A stretch of 64,000 nucleotides of DNA. Origin: Aureliella sp. (GTDB lineage: Bacteria > Planctomycetota > Planctomycetia > Pirellulales > Pirellulaceae). The first letter of the stretch is position 1. Every line of letters starts with the position of its first letter. A program made the translations under genes and the position numbers. Below the pieces are notes generated by a model, which was not told the origin of the DNA, did not search any database, and saw only the letters and a list, made by a program, of their open reading frames with translations. Below, in pieces: positions 40,281 through 52,992 of this stretch. The stretch spans positions 3,072,001 through 3,136,000 of the forward strand of contig OY829846.1 of the NCBI GenBank assembly GCA_963691875.1, read 5' to 3'.

Positions 40281-42642
40281 AAGACTTGCTACGTTGGCAA
40301 GCCATCCTTGTAAGTGGCAACAGAGAAGAAAAGTGCACCCGAGTAAGTGGCCAACCTGTTTCGCATCGGTGTTTCTGATGCTCATGCTAATCGCGAGCAT
40401 CGGGGAGTGGGCTCAAGCGACTGCTTTGCCTGGACAGGCACAAGAGAGTTTCAATGTTGGTGGAAAAGAAGCTGCAGTAAAGAACAGTGCTGGGGAAGAA
40501 GACACCCTAACGCCCCCAAGCCCTACTTCAACCGAGCGGAGTAACGACGGCGAGGCACAGCAACCAGAATCACAAATTCCCGCACCGAATGCTACAGCAG
40601 ATGTGAAGCAGCCGGTCGGTTCTCTCGAGGAGCTCGAGCATCTCTCGCCGGAGGACATTGTTAGTCAGCAGCTTTTCCTGCGTCGTGCGACGGTGCGAGA
40701 AAATCTAGACAGTATTCGCTCCGATCAGACAGATCATTTCATGCGTCTGAGCGAGGGTGACGGCCAGTTTGTCGCGAGGGTCCATGCGAATGAGAGGCAG
40801 TTCAATGCACTTCGGCTCACAAACGGCTCGAATCAGTCTGTGACAGGATTCGTTGAGGAAAGACTAAACGATGGAGAATCGGGAGAATTTCAGCTACGCG
40901 TCTCCTCGCTTAATGACATTTCGGTGCTGAAGCTGGGGGCAGTTGTTGAAGATCCACTGTTTTGGGTCGTAGTCGGAGTTCTGCTATCGCTGGTTTTGAT
41001 TGGTACAAGTTTGGTGTGGAAATTGCGTGGCCAAGTCGGAGAACAGTCCGAAGACATGGCTTTGTTAATTGCTAGGCTCAATGCTACCTATGATGCCGTC
41101 CGCGAGGGACTGTTGGCCGTTGATGAACGCGGTCGAGTACTAACCGTCAATCCAAAGTTTCGTGAGCTCGTCGGCGTGGAACTCGCCCCAGGTGGAGACG
41201 ATACGGACCCAAGTTGGATCGTGCAGCAGATCGCCAACCGATTTGAGTCCAGCGAAGCTTTTCTGAATGCTTGGCAGCAGACTCGCAGCGTCCCTGAGTC
41301 TACCTTGACGTTGGAGCTCTTGACTGTCGATCCTCAGCCACGAACCTTGGTTGTGTTCACCGCACCCGTTTCCGCTCCAACCTCAGGCATAAACAATGAA
41401 CGGCTTGAGAACAGGATTTGGACTTTTGAGGATGTATCGGAACGAAAGCAACTAGAAGCCGATTTGATTCAATCGCAAAAGATGGAAGCGGTAGGAAGAT
41501 TGGCTGGAGGCGTCGCGCACGACTTCAACAATCTCTTGCTCGCGATCACGGCCAACCTTGAGCTCGCGCGAATGCAGTCGGAGTTTGAATCGAACAGCGA
41601 ATACCTGGAAGCAGCTGAGCAAGCGTTAGAGCGAGCGTCAAAGTTGGTCAAACACCTGCTCGGTTTTTCAAGAAAAAGCGTGCTGGAACTGCGGGTCCGC
41701 GATCCCAACGAAGTCGTGCGTCGGATCGAAAGCTTGCTCGACAGAATCCTGAATGCGGAAATAGTGTTTCGTGTAGATCTTGCTGGCGATACTTGGAATG
41801 TCAATATGGATGACACTCATATCGAGCAGGTGCTGCTGAACCTTTGCCTCAATGCGCGAGACGCTTGCCTCGGCTCGGAGAGTTTGATCGAGATAACCAC
41901 AAGCAATCTACCCAGACCCGAGCTTGCTCAAGCTATTGAACAAGGCGAGCTACCCCCGACACGAGAGCGAGATTACGTTCGCATTACGGTCCAGGATAAT
42001 GGCACGGGAATCAATGAAGATGTGCTTGGAAAAGTTTTCGACCCATTTTTCACTACCAAAAAACAAGGCAAAGGAACTGGCCTCGGCTTGTCGATGTCAC
42101 TCGGAATTGTGGAACAGCATGAAGGCGTCCTGCACTTAGATTCCAAGCCGGGGCAAGGTACTCGATGCGATCTTTTGTTACCGCGAACCTTGGCGCCGAT
42201 CAATCCTGCCGATAGCCAGATCGGTCGATTGGAAAAAACTGACATCAAGTCCGCCAATATTTTGCTGGCCGATGACGACGAGCTGGTTCGCGAATCCACC
42301 GCAAACGCACTCAAGGCAAATGGCTACGCGGTAACTTCGGTGAGCAATGGTGTCGATGCTTTGATTCACTTGAGAAGCTCAAGTAAGTTTGCTGTTGCCA
42401 TTGTCGACTTCTCGATGCCCGGGATGTCTGCCGTGGACTTATTCCAGAGAATCCGCGAATACCAAAGCGAGTTGCCTCTGATCGTCACGAGTGGCTACTC
42501 GATCGAACTCGATGCAGTTGAAGAACAGGCGAGGCAACCGGTGAACTTCTTGGCAAAACCTTATCGTACAGTTGCCCTGGTAGATACCATCAATCAAGCA
42601 GTAGCACCGCTGACGACTAAAAGCCCCGGCCCTTCACCTTAA
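40243..42642 (+). CDS. Membrane hybrid sensor histidine kinase (TM-PAS-HisKA-HATPase-REC); true start likely downstream of 40280
   Basis: GGVAHDFNNLL, NLCLNARDA, DNGTGI, FFTTK..GTGLGL, ILLADDD..VDFSMP..KPY. Confidence 0.92.
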   Translation: MTVDSARFMSCFKRLATLASHPCKWQQRRKVHPSKWPTCFASVFLMLMLIASIGEWAQATALPGQAQESFNVGGKEAAVKNSAGEEDTLTPPSPTSTERSNDGEAQQPESQIPAPNATADVKQPVGSLEELEHLSPEDIVSQQLFLRRATVRENLDSIRSDQTDHFMRLSEGDGQFVARVHANERQFNALRLTNGSNQSVTGFVEERLNDGESGEFQLRVSSLNDISVLKLGAVVEDPLFWVVVGVLLSLVLIGTSLVWKLRGQVGEQSEDMALLIARLNATYDAVREGLLAVDERGRVLTVNPKFRELVGVELAPGGDDTDPSWIVQQIANRFESSEAFLNAWQQTRSVPESTLTLELLTVDPQPRTLVVFTAPVSAPTSGINNERLENRIWTFEDVSERKQLEADLIQSQKMEAVGRLAGGVAHDFNNLLLAITANLELARMQSEFESNSEYLEAAEQALERASKLVKHLLGFSRKSVLELRVRDPNEVVRRIESLLDRILNAEIVFRVDLAGDTWNVNMDDTHIEQVLLNLCLNARDACLGSESLIEITTSNLPRPELAQAIEQGELPPTRERDYVRITVQDNGTGINEDVLGKVFDPFFTTKKQGKGTGLGLSMSLGIVEQHEGVLHLDSKPGQGTRCDLLLPRTLAPINPADSQIGRLEKTDIKSANILLADDDELVRESTANALKANGYAVTSVSNGVDALIHLRSSSKFAVAIVDFSMPGMSAVDLFQRIREYQSELPLIVTSGYSIELDAVEEQARQPVNFLAKPYRTVALVDTINQAVAPLTTKSPGPSP

Positions 42643-42763
42643 AGTCTGAAGGATATCCTCAAGCGCCGCCAGCTACTCTGGCATGCCTCTGCATAGTAAA
42701 TTGGGCCTCAAGCCTGGCTTGACCTGTCTGTTTATCAAAGTGCCAGATCACCATATGTAGCTA

Positions 42764-43009
42764 GTGGAAGGCGCAGAAGTACCGACTTTTGTGCGTGTTG
42801 TCATCGACTTGGTTTTCCAGGCGCAGCAGAGCTTGGTCTCAGTTGACTACAAGACAGATCACATCGGAGTGTCTCAGCCTCTCGCTGCAAGAGCATACTA
42901 TCGTGGGCAACTGGACGCTTACGCGAAGTATTGGAAACAAGTGCCCGGTGAGAAGATTGCTGAGAAAGGCCTCTACTTCACACGAATCCAGAACTACCAA
43001 GTGTTGTAG
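42764..43009 (+). pseudogene. C-terminal remnant of an AddA/RecB-type PD-(D/E)XK nuclease domain
   Basis: VRVVIDLVF...VDYKTD...YRGQLDAY...GLYF; stop codon directly upstream and no helicase part. Confidence 0.65.
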
Positions 43010-43036
43010 ATGATCGGCCAGTCCAGGTCTTGTCAA

Positions 43037-43987
43037 TTAGCGTTCTGTCAACGCCTGAGCCTGGGCGACGCTATCTGGATCAAAGAGTTCGTCAAGTTGT
43101 GTCTCGACGACTCGGAGTAGCAGGATCGTGTATTCCTCCGACTGATCAGCGGTCTTTGTTGTGAAGAACGCTTTTCCCAACGCCTTGGTCGGTTGCGAGG
43201 CGGTCACGACTAGTACCTGCCCAAGATTTAACCTCGTGACGATCTTGAGCTCTTGCCAGTTCTCAGAAGCACGCCGGAGCTCGGGACGCATGCCAATCTC
43301 CGAGGTGACGTAGGAGTGCTTGAGTTCGCCATGCTGCACTTCGGGAGTCAGTTCAATGGTAGTTTGCCTGTCGCCATGCGGAATGGCACGTAGGTCAAAC
43401 AAGGCGTTGGCTTTTTCAAAGGTTTGTCCCTGAGTTGCCGAATCAAGCACGGTCAGGACCGTCAACGGCTCCGACAGGTCATTTCGCACGAACAATTCTT
43501 TGCGTCGCCCGGCTCTACACTGAAGCCGACGAGCCATGTTGTCCGAGTCAGCGGCTAGCCCGGCATGTTCAAGTGCATCGGTACTCTGATAATGTGAGGT
43601 TTCTGCGATTTGATCTCGGATGGCTTTCGGAAGCTCAGAAATCACCAAGCCGACACGCAAGCCATTTAGATCCAGTCTTTCGCGTTTCTCCATTGGCAAG
43701 AACGTTTCATCAATCTCACCCCATATCTGCTGAAACTCTGGCAACTTTGCTTTGGGAAAGCGAACCAAAACGGTTTCTACGAGAACGCTGTCAGGCCCCG
43801 CCTTGGGCTTTGCGAGCAGTGGACTCGGTTCCGAAACAGCTTGATCCTTCGACCACTGCGCACAACCCGAAAACAGAAACAGGCAGAGGAACTGAACAAA
43901 TAGCACCCTGCCCACGGCCGCTCTGGAATGTGGAGGGAAGGGGAGTCCGAATTTCGGATTCTTTGCTGGCTCCGCAGTGCGGCTCAT
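43037..43987 (-). CDS. Lipoprotein with a secretin-like C-terminal domain (tentative)
   Basis: Lipobox LFSGC; SVLVETVLV, TTIELTPEV, LNLGQVLVV, LGKAFF, TILLLRV. ORF is open to 44098. Confidence 0.55.
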   Translation of the reverse strand: MSRTAEPAKNPKFGLPFPPHSRAAVGRVLFVQFLCLFLFSGCAQWSKDQAVSEPSPLLAKPKAGPDSVLVETVLVRFPKAKLPEFQQIWGEIDETFLPMEKRERLDLNGLRVGLVISELPKAIRDQIAETSHYQSTDALEHAGLAADSDNMARRLQCRAGRRKELFVRNDLSEPLTVLTVLDSATQGQTFEKANALFDLRAIPHGDRQTTIELTPEVQHGELKHSYVTSEIGMRPELRRASENWQELKIVTRLNLGQVLVVTASQPTKALGKAFFTTKTADQSEEYTILLLRVVETQLDELFDPDSVAQAQALTER

Positions 43988-44332
43988 GGCGTTTGGGCAA
44001 AAAGTAGATCGAGAATTGCCGCAGAGTAGGGAAGATCGCATTGTCGTGTCAATGGATGCCCGACACCGCCGAACGCCAACCTGCACAGGGTGAAACAAAG
44101 TCTGATTCTAGGTACTTCGTTGACAACACAATTTACTCTCCCTTTCCAAGCGGGAAGTCGAGGAATTCAGGGAGTTTCAGAACCCAAGCGACGGGGAGGG
44201 ATTCTCTCCAGTTTGAAACTTTGATCGGTCCCAAATGCTGGCAAAGAACGATTCAGTGAAGAACTCCAAAACTGCTATACTGACGGATTGGCCTCGACTG
44301 TGGAGGGCCTTCGCGGCATACAGGATTCGAAA

Positions 44333-44844
44333 ATGGAAAGCAGTAAAGCAGAGCATATCGAAGAAGACGCTGTTGAGCTACCCGATTCGAACCTCGATTC
44401 TGTGCCCGATCATGTAGCGAGTTTGGAGAACGGTTGGCTCATAGCAGGAACTCTGCTCTTCGCATTTGCACTGGTGGCGGGGGCGTTCTCTTGGTGGCAA
44501 TCCGCGCCGACAACCAACACACCACTGGTAGAGTTCGAACTAACCTTAGATTTGAACCAAGCAACCGCTGCACAGCTCCAAGCCTTGCCAGATGTCGGTC
44601 CGCAACTGGCGGGCCGTATCGTGAGTTTTCGCGAGGAGCACGGCCCCTTCAGACAAGCGGAGGAACTACGGCAGGTGCGCGGTGTGGGGCCTATCACCCT
44701 CGCTGAGCTACGAGCTTTCCTTGTCGTCAATGAACAAGACGCGGTCACGCCAAACCAATCGGACCACAGCAGATCAGCTCCCCGTCTGTCAGGCAGCACG
44801 CCACACTTTCCGACCTCGACTCCGCCTGGAGAAAATACTTCTCA

Positions 44845-44848
<4 letters not shown>
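44333..44848 (+). CDS. comEA: ComEA-like helix-hairpin-helix DNA-binding protein with membrane anchor
   Basis: LDLNQATAAQLQALPDVGPQLAGRIVSFREEHGPF..EELRQVRGVGP. Confidence 0.85.
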
Positions 44849-46938
<2,090 letters not shown>

Positions 46939-47120
46939 TTTGCAAGGGCTGCAAATAAACCAACGGGCGAAACAACCTTATCTCAAAACTTTTTTAGCTT
47001 TGTAGACAAACTCCGGAAGTTTGTGCTTCTAGAGGATACTTCCGTTCACTCGCGAAAAGTGAATATTACTGACCGCCTCTCCGTTCATCAAACCTGTCGC
47101 CACTTGGCCGATTCTTCACG

Positions 47121-48041
47121 ATGCTCGAACTCAATCTGACCACGATACACCGCTTTCATACCATGGTACGGCAGATCAGCGAGGCTGGCATTGAGCTTGA
47201 TTTGTTCGGTTCCAAGAATCTGCATGGCGGCGAGCTGGAAAGCCGGCTGATGAACCTGGAGATGCGTTGCGGTTCTGCAGAAGGCTCTGGGGACCTAGAG
47301 GGGGAGAAATTGTTGCAGGTCCTGCGGCAAGAATCTGAAGTTGCGGATAAGTATATTCCGGGGCTACTTAGCTGGCTGAGCCAGGACGGTGCTGCGGAGG
47401 CTCTGTATCCGCTTGCGAAAGAGACAATTGAGAGGAAGCGTTACGAAGGGCACGAGCTCGTTCTGTTCTTCTATCCACTGCTGTGGGGAATCAGTGCTGG
47501 TTTCGTGCTTCTATTCGTTTGCTTTATACTGGCTCCGAATTTCATCGCGTTAGCAGAGCAGTTACGACATCAGAGCATCCTATTTAATGCGATGTATTGG
47601 GTTCGAGATAGCGCAGCTTGGCTTCTACCCATATATGTATTGCTCTTTACCTTCTGTGTTTGGTGCTATTTGCGTTCGAGTTTTCGGCGGGTTGGAATTC
47701 GGGGCAAACAGCGTTTTTTGCGTCGAGCCACACAGGCCGAGCAGTACGCTGTACTTGCTAGCGACGAGCTGCCCTTGCTCGAGCTAAGCGATTCTTCAGG
47801 CCTGCTTGGCTGGGCAGCGTCAGCCGACGATGGGGAGCAGAGGAAAGCTAAGCTGGAGTTTGCTTCACAAGTTTACGTGAGTGTGCACGATTTGGAGAAC
47901 CGCAAACGCGGTAGCCTGGCCCCGACTAAGCTTGCCGTCGTTGCAGGCGGATTTCTGGTTGCATTAGTTGGAGCTTTTGTCTTCGGGCCAATTGTCGAAC
48001 TGATGTTCCTGGTCATTCAGAGTGCAGGAGGCAACGGATGA
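47121..48041 (+). CDS. Divergent GspF/PilC-family platform protein (paralogue 1)
   Basis: FFYPLLW...FILAPNF and C-terminal AFVFGPIVELM topology of GspF. Confidence 0.6.
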   Translation: MLELNLTTIHRFHTMVRQISEAGIELDLFGSKNLHGGELESRLMNLEMRCGSAEGSGDLEGEKLLQVLRQESEVADKYIPGLLSWLSQDGAAEALYPLAKETIERKRYEGHELVLFFYPLLWGISAGFVLLFVCFILAPNFIALAEQLRHQSILFNAMYWVRDSAAWLLPIYVLLFTFCVWCYLRSSFRRVGIRGKQRFLRRATQAEQYAVLASDELPLLELSDSSGLLGWAASADDGEQRKAKLEFASQVYVSVHDLENRKRGSLAPTKLAVVAGGFLVALVGAFVFGPIVELMFLVIQSAGGNG

Positions 48042-49258
48042 AATATTATGCCTTCGATGCGACTCGGCCTGACGGAACGATTGTGACAGGCGAGCTTGCC
48101 GCCAATTCACATGGCGAAGCAATCAGTGCCTTGGAAAGCCAGGGATTGGTAGTCATATCGGTACGACAGAACTTGGATGGCCCCACTCAGCTGTCACACC
48201 CGAATGAGGATTCAGTAATCGTAGCCGAGCCGGTGGTGCTAAATCCGGAGGCCTGGAAGGATCGCTTGGATCAAGCAATTGCCGCGCGACAAGATTGGAT
48301 CCCCGCCTTGGAGGCATTGACGACAGAGTTGCCAAGTGGTCACACAAAACTGACAACGGGCCGGATACTGTCGCAGCTGAAGTCAGATTTCTCCGCGGAA
48401 CAGTTCCTGCAAACACCCAAACTCGCACAGATGCTACCACTGCTAGTTCAGGAAATGGACAGTCGGTCTTCTCGTGAGCGTCTTCAGAATTGGTTTCAAG
48501 CCTTGGTCCGTCAACAGACTGTACGATCGGAGCAGCTGAAATCCTTAGTCTATCCTGTGGGACTCGTTCTGCTCGCGCTGACAATCACAGCCCTACTTAG
48601 CATCTTAATCGTCCCCATATTCAAAGAAATGTTTGAGGAATTTGGCCTATCCCTTCCGGCGGCTACTGTCCTTCTAGTTCGCATTTCAGATGCATTCGTT
48701 TACGAATTGCCATGGACAGTCGCTGGTATTTTGGGCTTCGTTGGTTTGTTTTTGCTAGGGATCCTACTCTGGAAAAAGTATTCGCTTAGCAATTATGTGT
48801 TAGGCTTTCTATCCAACGGATCCAGTTCCAATCTTAGGGCGATGTCGATTCTATCTGGAAATTTAGCGGAACTTTTGCAACTGGGCGTGCCGCTGGCTTT
48901 GGCGGTTGAGCTAGCCGGTCGGCATAGCGGAAACAGATACTACGCATCAGTGGCTCGGGGGCTTGCTTCAGTGATGCGAAGCGGGCGGTCAATACGTTCT
49001 GGTGGGCACTTACATCAATTGCCGAGCACTGTTGTGCTAGCCCTGCAGGAGCTCGAAAACCCTCTTGAAAAGGCGAATCGCTCGATCGCAGTTCTGCGAG
49101 AAATGTCTCAGGTTTACGCCGAGCGCTCGCTTCGTGTGTCGGGCTGGATGCAAGTTGTTTTCCCATCCTTGGCAATGGTGGTAGTGGCCCAGATCATCGG
49201 TTTTGTTGTGGTAGCTTTGTTCATGCCACTTGTCACTATTATCCGCGCGTTAGCTTAG
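48038..49258 (+). CDS. GspF/PilC-family platform protein (paralogue 2)
   Basis: YYAFDATRPDG..G.LAA.S..EA...L...GL; LVYP; VPIFKEMFEEFGLSLPAAT; GVPLALA; VVALFMPL. Confidence 0.9.
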   Translation: MKYYAFDATRPDGTIVTGELAANSHGEAISALESQGLVVISVRQNLDGPTQLSHPNEDSVIVAEPVVLNPEAWKDRLDQAIAARQDWIPALEALTTELPSGHTKLTTGRILSQLKSDFSAEQFLQTPKLAQMLPLLVQEMDSRSSRERLQNWFQALVRQQTVRSEQLKSLVYPVGLVLLALTITALLSILIVPIFKEMFEEFGLSLPAATVLLVRISDAFVYELPWTVAGILGFVGLFLLGILLWKKYSLSNYVLGFLSNGSSSNLRAMSILSGNLAELLQLGVPLALAVELAGRHSGNRYYASVARGLASVMRSGRSIRSGGHLHQLPSTVVLALQELENPLEKANRSIAVLREMSQVYAERSLRVSGWMQVVFPSLAMVVVAQIIGFVVVALFMPLVTIIRALA

Positions 49259-49262
49259 GTGT

Positions 49263-50363
49263 TTGATGGCAGAGGTATTGAAAAGCACCGAAAGGCACTC
49301 ACCGCCGCCGCTGAGCAACTGGCAATTGTCCGCATGGTGGCGGCTCGAAAGCCGACGTGACGTAGCGAAAAGCGTGCTGCGGATCTTGCACTTGGCAGAA
49401 CGTGAATCGCTGCCGGTAATCCCGTTGTTGCGCAGCCTTGCGATGGAACATCGCTATATCTCTGCAAGCCGAATCTCTCGATTGGCAGTTCGCTTAGAGC
49501 AGGGCGAAAAGGTCGATAAGGCCCTGGCAACCGTGCCCAACCTGCTGAGTGATGAGCAGACGCTTAAGTTGCGAGTAGCGGCCGAGTCAGGTGGATTATT
49601 CCAAGTCTACGAAGAGCTCGCGCAGACCTCGGAGGATAAGCTTTGGGAGCCACAGCGACTCGTGCTGCAATCGTTATTTTATGCCGTAGTTGTTGGCATT
49701 ACGTGCCTGGGGATTCTGGGTCTGATCATGACTCTTATTGCCCCGACATTCAAGGAAATGTTCGAAGAATTCGGTCTATATTTGCCTGCTGCGTTTATCT
49801 CGGTGATCCATTTCAGCGATTTATTTTTGCCAAACCTTCCTTTACTTGTACTTGGTCTGGTGGCGCTGGCTGTTGTGGCCTGGGTGTTGAAGCCGACTCG
49901 AGTTTTGAACCGTGTTGTACTTTCGAGGCTGTCCTCGAATATCCGCCGCATTCGCATCGCCAACATTCAGAACATTCTGGCTGACTCACTGCGGGAGGGC
50001 AGGCCAATTGCAGGTACTGTCTCGACCTTGGCGCGCTATCACTATGATTCATTCATGCGTTCTAAGTTACTCTTTGTGCGCAATGAATTGGGACAAAATG
50101 TAAGTCCTTGGTCGGCTTTGGCCAGCGTGGGTTTTTTGGCAACTCAGGAGGTCTCGGCCCTTGCGAAGGCAGATCAGAGTGATGTGCAATCCCTGATCTT
50201 GCGCTGCATAGCTCAGCGGAATGAATCCCGGGCTCAGAAGAAGCTTTCCTTCATGTCTATGTTTATTCACCCATTGTTGATACTCTGCCTAGCGGTTGTC
50301 ATCGGATGGGTTTGCATCGGATTCTTTTCAGTCCTCGTAGTTATGATTTCTTCTCTTACCTAG
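49263..50363 (+). CDS. GspF/PilC-family platform protein (paralogue 3)
   Basis: LEQGEKVDKAL, AAESGG, IAPTFKEMFEEFGLYLP, IHPLLIL...FFSVL. Confidence 0.85.
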   Translation: MMAEVLKSTERHSPPPLSNWQLSAWWRLESRRDVAKSVLRILHLAERESLPVIPLLRSLAMEHRYISASRISRLAVRLEQGEKVDKALATVPNLLSDEQTLKLRVAAESGGLFQVYEELAQTSEDKLWEPQRLVLQSLFYAVVVGITCLGILGLIMTLIAPTFKEMFEEFGLYLPAAFISVIHFSDLFLPNLPLLVLGLVALAVVAWVLKPTRVLNRVVLSRLSSNIRRIRIANIQNILADSLREGRPIAGTVSTLARYHYDSFMRSKLLFVRNELGQNVSPWSALASVGFLATQEVSALAKADQSDVQSLILRCIAQRNESRAQKKLSFMSMFIHPLLILCLAVVIGWVCIGFFSVLVVMISSLT

Positions 50364-50367
50364 TCCC

Positions 50368-50796
50368 ATGTCCAAACGAGTACGACAAGCTATTTTTTCC
50401 TCCAGGCGACGCAACACTCGGCGGGCGGCAAGCGTTGCAGAGCTAGTTGTCGCAAGTGTGTTGTTCATTGCTACGACCAGCTTCGTGATAACAGGAGCCG
50501 TGAGCTTGCAGCGAGTCTGGCGTGATGGAAATCACTATCGCTTGGCCATCGACACACTGAACAACAAGCTTGAGAAGCTGACTTTGCTAGACGGCGACGA
50601 GCTCGCAGCAGCGAGCAAAAAAATCGAGTCCTCGCCAGAGCTCAAGCAGCAACTATCGAATGTCGAGATTCAGTGTGAGCTGCAGGAGTTGGAGCACGGT
50701 ACTCGAATCGCTTTGAGCCTGAATTGGGACCGGCAAGGTGACTTGAAGCCGATCGAACTGGTGGGGTGGTCTACCGCTTCGAGGGAGGCCCCATAG
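50368..50796 (+). CDS. Minor pilin, GspI/PilV-like
   Basis: Basic leader RRA|ASVAE (Glu5) followed by a hydrophobic helix. Confidence 0.7.
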   Translation: MSKRVRQAIFSSRRRNTRRAASVAELVVASVLFIATTSFVITGAVSLQRVWRDGNHYRLAIDTLNNKLEKLTLLDGDELAAASKKIESSPELKQQLSNVEIQCELQELEHGTRIALSLNWDRQGDLKPIELVGWSTASREAP

Positions 50797-51378
50797 ATGA
50801 TCAATACCACAACTCAGTCGCGTGACGCGTTCACTCTGATTGAAACCGTGATGTCGCTGACGATCGGGAGTCTAATCGTTCTTCTTGCCGTCGGCTTGAT
50901 CCACAAATCGTTTCACTTATCGAAGGCCGCAAAGTCGCGAAGCGAGCTGTCTGTTGGCTTCGATCGGATGGCGGATACCTTGCGGACAGATTTGTATTCC
51001 GCAGACAGCTATCAAGTCGCCGAAGATGGAAGCGGCATCGAGGTCAGTATAGGAATGAGCCGATGGGCCTATCAGAGTCGGGACGGGTATCTACAGCGAG
51101 CCGAGCGGAAAGGCGATGGGTTCAGAACTCTAGATCGCGTGCGATTGAACGGTCCTGCGATCGATACGCGTGAGCGGGAGCTGCAGTTTTCCGTGCAAGA
51201 GGAGCTCGTGTCACTCAAGCTGTACGCCCTGAACCAAGGCAGCAAAATCCTGGAACGCGAAGTGCTAATTCGACCAACGCGTTGGCTAGTCGCGCCTCAG
51301 CAAACCGACGGATCAACGCAGCCGCCAACAGAGGTGGATGCCAAGTCATCTGAGTCATCCGAGGAGGCTGGGGCATGA
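50797..51378 (+). CDS. Minor pilin, GspJ/PilW-like
   Basis: RDA|FTLIETVMSL; DRMADTLRTDL. Confidence 0.8.
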   Translation: MINTTTQSRDAFTLIETVMSLTIGSLIVLLAVGLIHKSFHLSKAAKSRSELSVGFDRMADTLRTDLYSADSYQVAEDGSGIEVSIGMSRWAYQSRDGYLQRAERKGDGFRTLDRVRLNGPAIDTRERELQFSVQEELVSLKLYALNQGSKILEREVLIRPTRWLVAPQQTDGSTQPPTEVDAKSSESSEEAGA

Positions 51379-51815
51379 GCCGAAGCCTGAAGACCGCCCG
51401 CCGCAAGGGGGTTGTGCTTATTTGTGTGCTTGCCTGCATCGTAGTGGTCACTTCCCTCGTTGCGACATCGTTGATGGCAGCCTCACGAGCTCGCAGAGAA
51501 GCGCGCAGTTACCAACGAATGAGCCAAGTGAAGTGGATGTTGGATTTAGGCATTCGTCGAGCAAAACAGACATTACTCAGCGAGGAGTCTTATGCAGGGG
51601 AGAAAATCCTCTGGGAAGATCCTGCGTGGCCCGAACACGAGCTGCGTATCGAAATCAAGCTAGCGGAACGAACAGATGTAGAATCCGAAGAGATTGTTCA
51701 AGTACAAGCTTCGATGGCGCGCATCCTATCTACGGACGACAGCGAGCCCGACGGTCTGAACGAAGAAATACGTCGCAGTCATGCGTTCCGCCTTCCCCAA
51801 AATGCATCAGACTAG
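51375..51815 (+). CDS. Minor pilin, GspK/PilX-like
   Basis: RRKG|VVLIC lacking Glu5; QVKWMLDLGI. Confidence 0.7.
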   Translation: MSRSLKTARRKGVVLICVLACIVVVTSLVATSLMAASRARREARSYQRMSQVKWMLDLGIRRAKQTLLSEESYAGEKILWEDPAWPEHELRIEIKLAERTDVESEEIVQVQASMARILSTDDSEPDGLNEEIRRSHAFRLPQNASD

Positions 51816-51922
51816 GCTATCTTGCACGATGAGAAAAACGAACGAGCGACGAAGTCGCTAGACTCCGATTCGTCTCAACCGACTCAGACCAGACAAACAA
51901 TCAAAGAATTTGAAACCAAACG

Positions 51923-52873
51923 ATGGCAAAACACCTGGAGAGCATCGATATGAGTGCGAGAAAGAAGAATCCCATGCATGCCAAAATATCAGCCCAATCC
52001 ATAGAAGCGGGAGTGAGGACGGCCAGAACTGGCGGTTTCACCTTGGTCGAGCTGCTTGTTGTGATCGCAATTATTGGCATCCTGGTTGGCTTGCTACTGC
52101 CGGCTGTACAGGCTGCCCGCGAAGCCGCCCGCCGTTCCCAGTGTTCTAACAATCTGATGCAGATCGGACTTGGGCTTCATCACTTCGAGTTTGGTCACGA
52201 GCACTTTCCGGCAGGAGTACTCAATGATGGCGGGCCGATTCGTAGCGAAGAGAAAGGCCAGCATGTCAGCTGGATGGTGCAAGTTCTACCGTTTTTAGAT
52301 GAAGGAATTGCCTACAACAACTTCGATCAAGCCGTCGGCGCTTACGACAAAGCAAATGAGCCAGTTCGCAATCACGTGATCAGTATCTTTCTCTGCCCAT
52401 CTGACCCGGGCGCATATGGTTCGCCTTATGCTACAAACGGTGCAGAATTCGCGCTGACTTCGTACGCCGGTTGTCACAACGGCGACGAAGCACCTATTGA
52501 CGCAGAGAACAACGGAATGCTGTACCTGAATTCTTCAACCAAGTTTCGGGATGTAAAAGATGGTTCCTCCTACACGATTCTGGCTGGCGAATCAGCTGTT
52601 AGTATGGGCCACCTCGGCTGGGTCTCCGGAACGCGATCAACATTGCGGAACACCAGCAGCCTCACTTCCATTCGGCGGGATCCTCAGCCGGCCGCCAGCG
52701 TTTCGACACCTGACGCACTAGAAGTGGGTGGATTTGGCAGTCACCATACCGGCGGCGCCCAGTTTGTGTTTGTCGATGGCTCGATGCACTTCCTAAGCCA
52801 AAACATCGATGTCGACGTATTCAAAGCACTTGGGAATCGGAACGACGGGATGTTGATCGATCAGAATTTCTAG
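51923..52873 (+). CDS. DUF1559 pilin-like protein
   Basis: [55 protein letters not shown]. Confidence 0.95.
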   Translation: MAKHLESIDMSARKKNPMHAKISAQSIEAGVRTARTGGFTLVELLVVIAIIGILVGLLLPAVQAAREAARRSQCSNNLMQIGLGLHHFEFGHEHFPAGVLNDGGPIRSEEKGQHVSWMVQVLPFLDEGIAYNNFDQAVGAYDKANEPVRNHVISIFLCPSDPGAYGSPYATNGAEFALTSYAGCHNGDEAPIDAENNGMLYLNSSTKFRDVKDGSSYTILAGESAVSMGHLGWVSGTRSTLRNTSSLTSIRRDPQPAASVSTPDALEVGGFGSHHTGGAQFVFVDGSMHFLSQNIDVDVFKALGNRNDGMLIDQNF

Positions 52874-52992
52874 GGTAGACAACGCAATACGCTACTCGCA
52901 AAATCCGGCGGCAAGACGCCACCGCAAGTAACAAAAGCATGGATGGATGCTTCGACTGCGTTAGCCATGATGGCTAATTAGGGATTTGCCCC

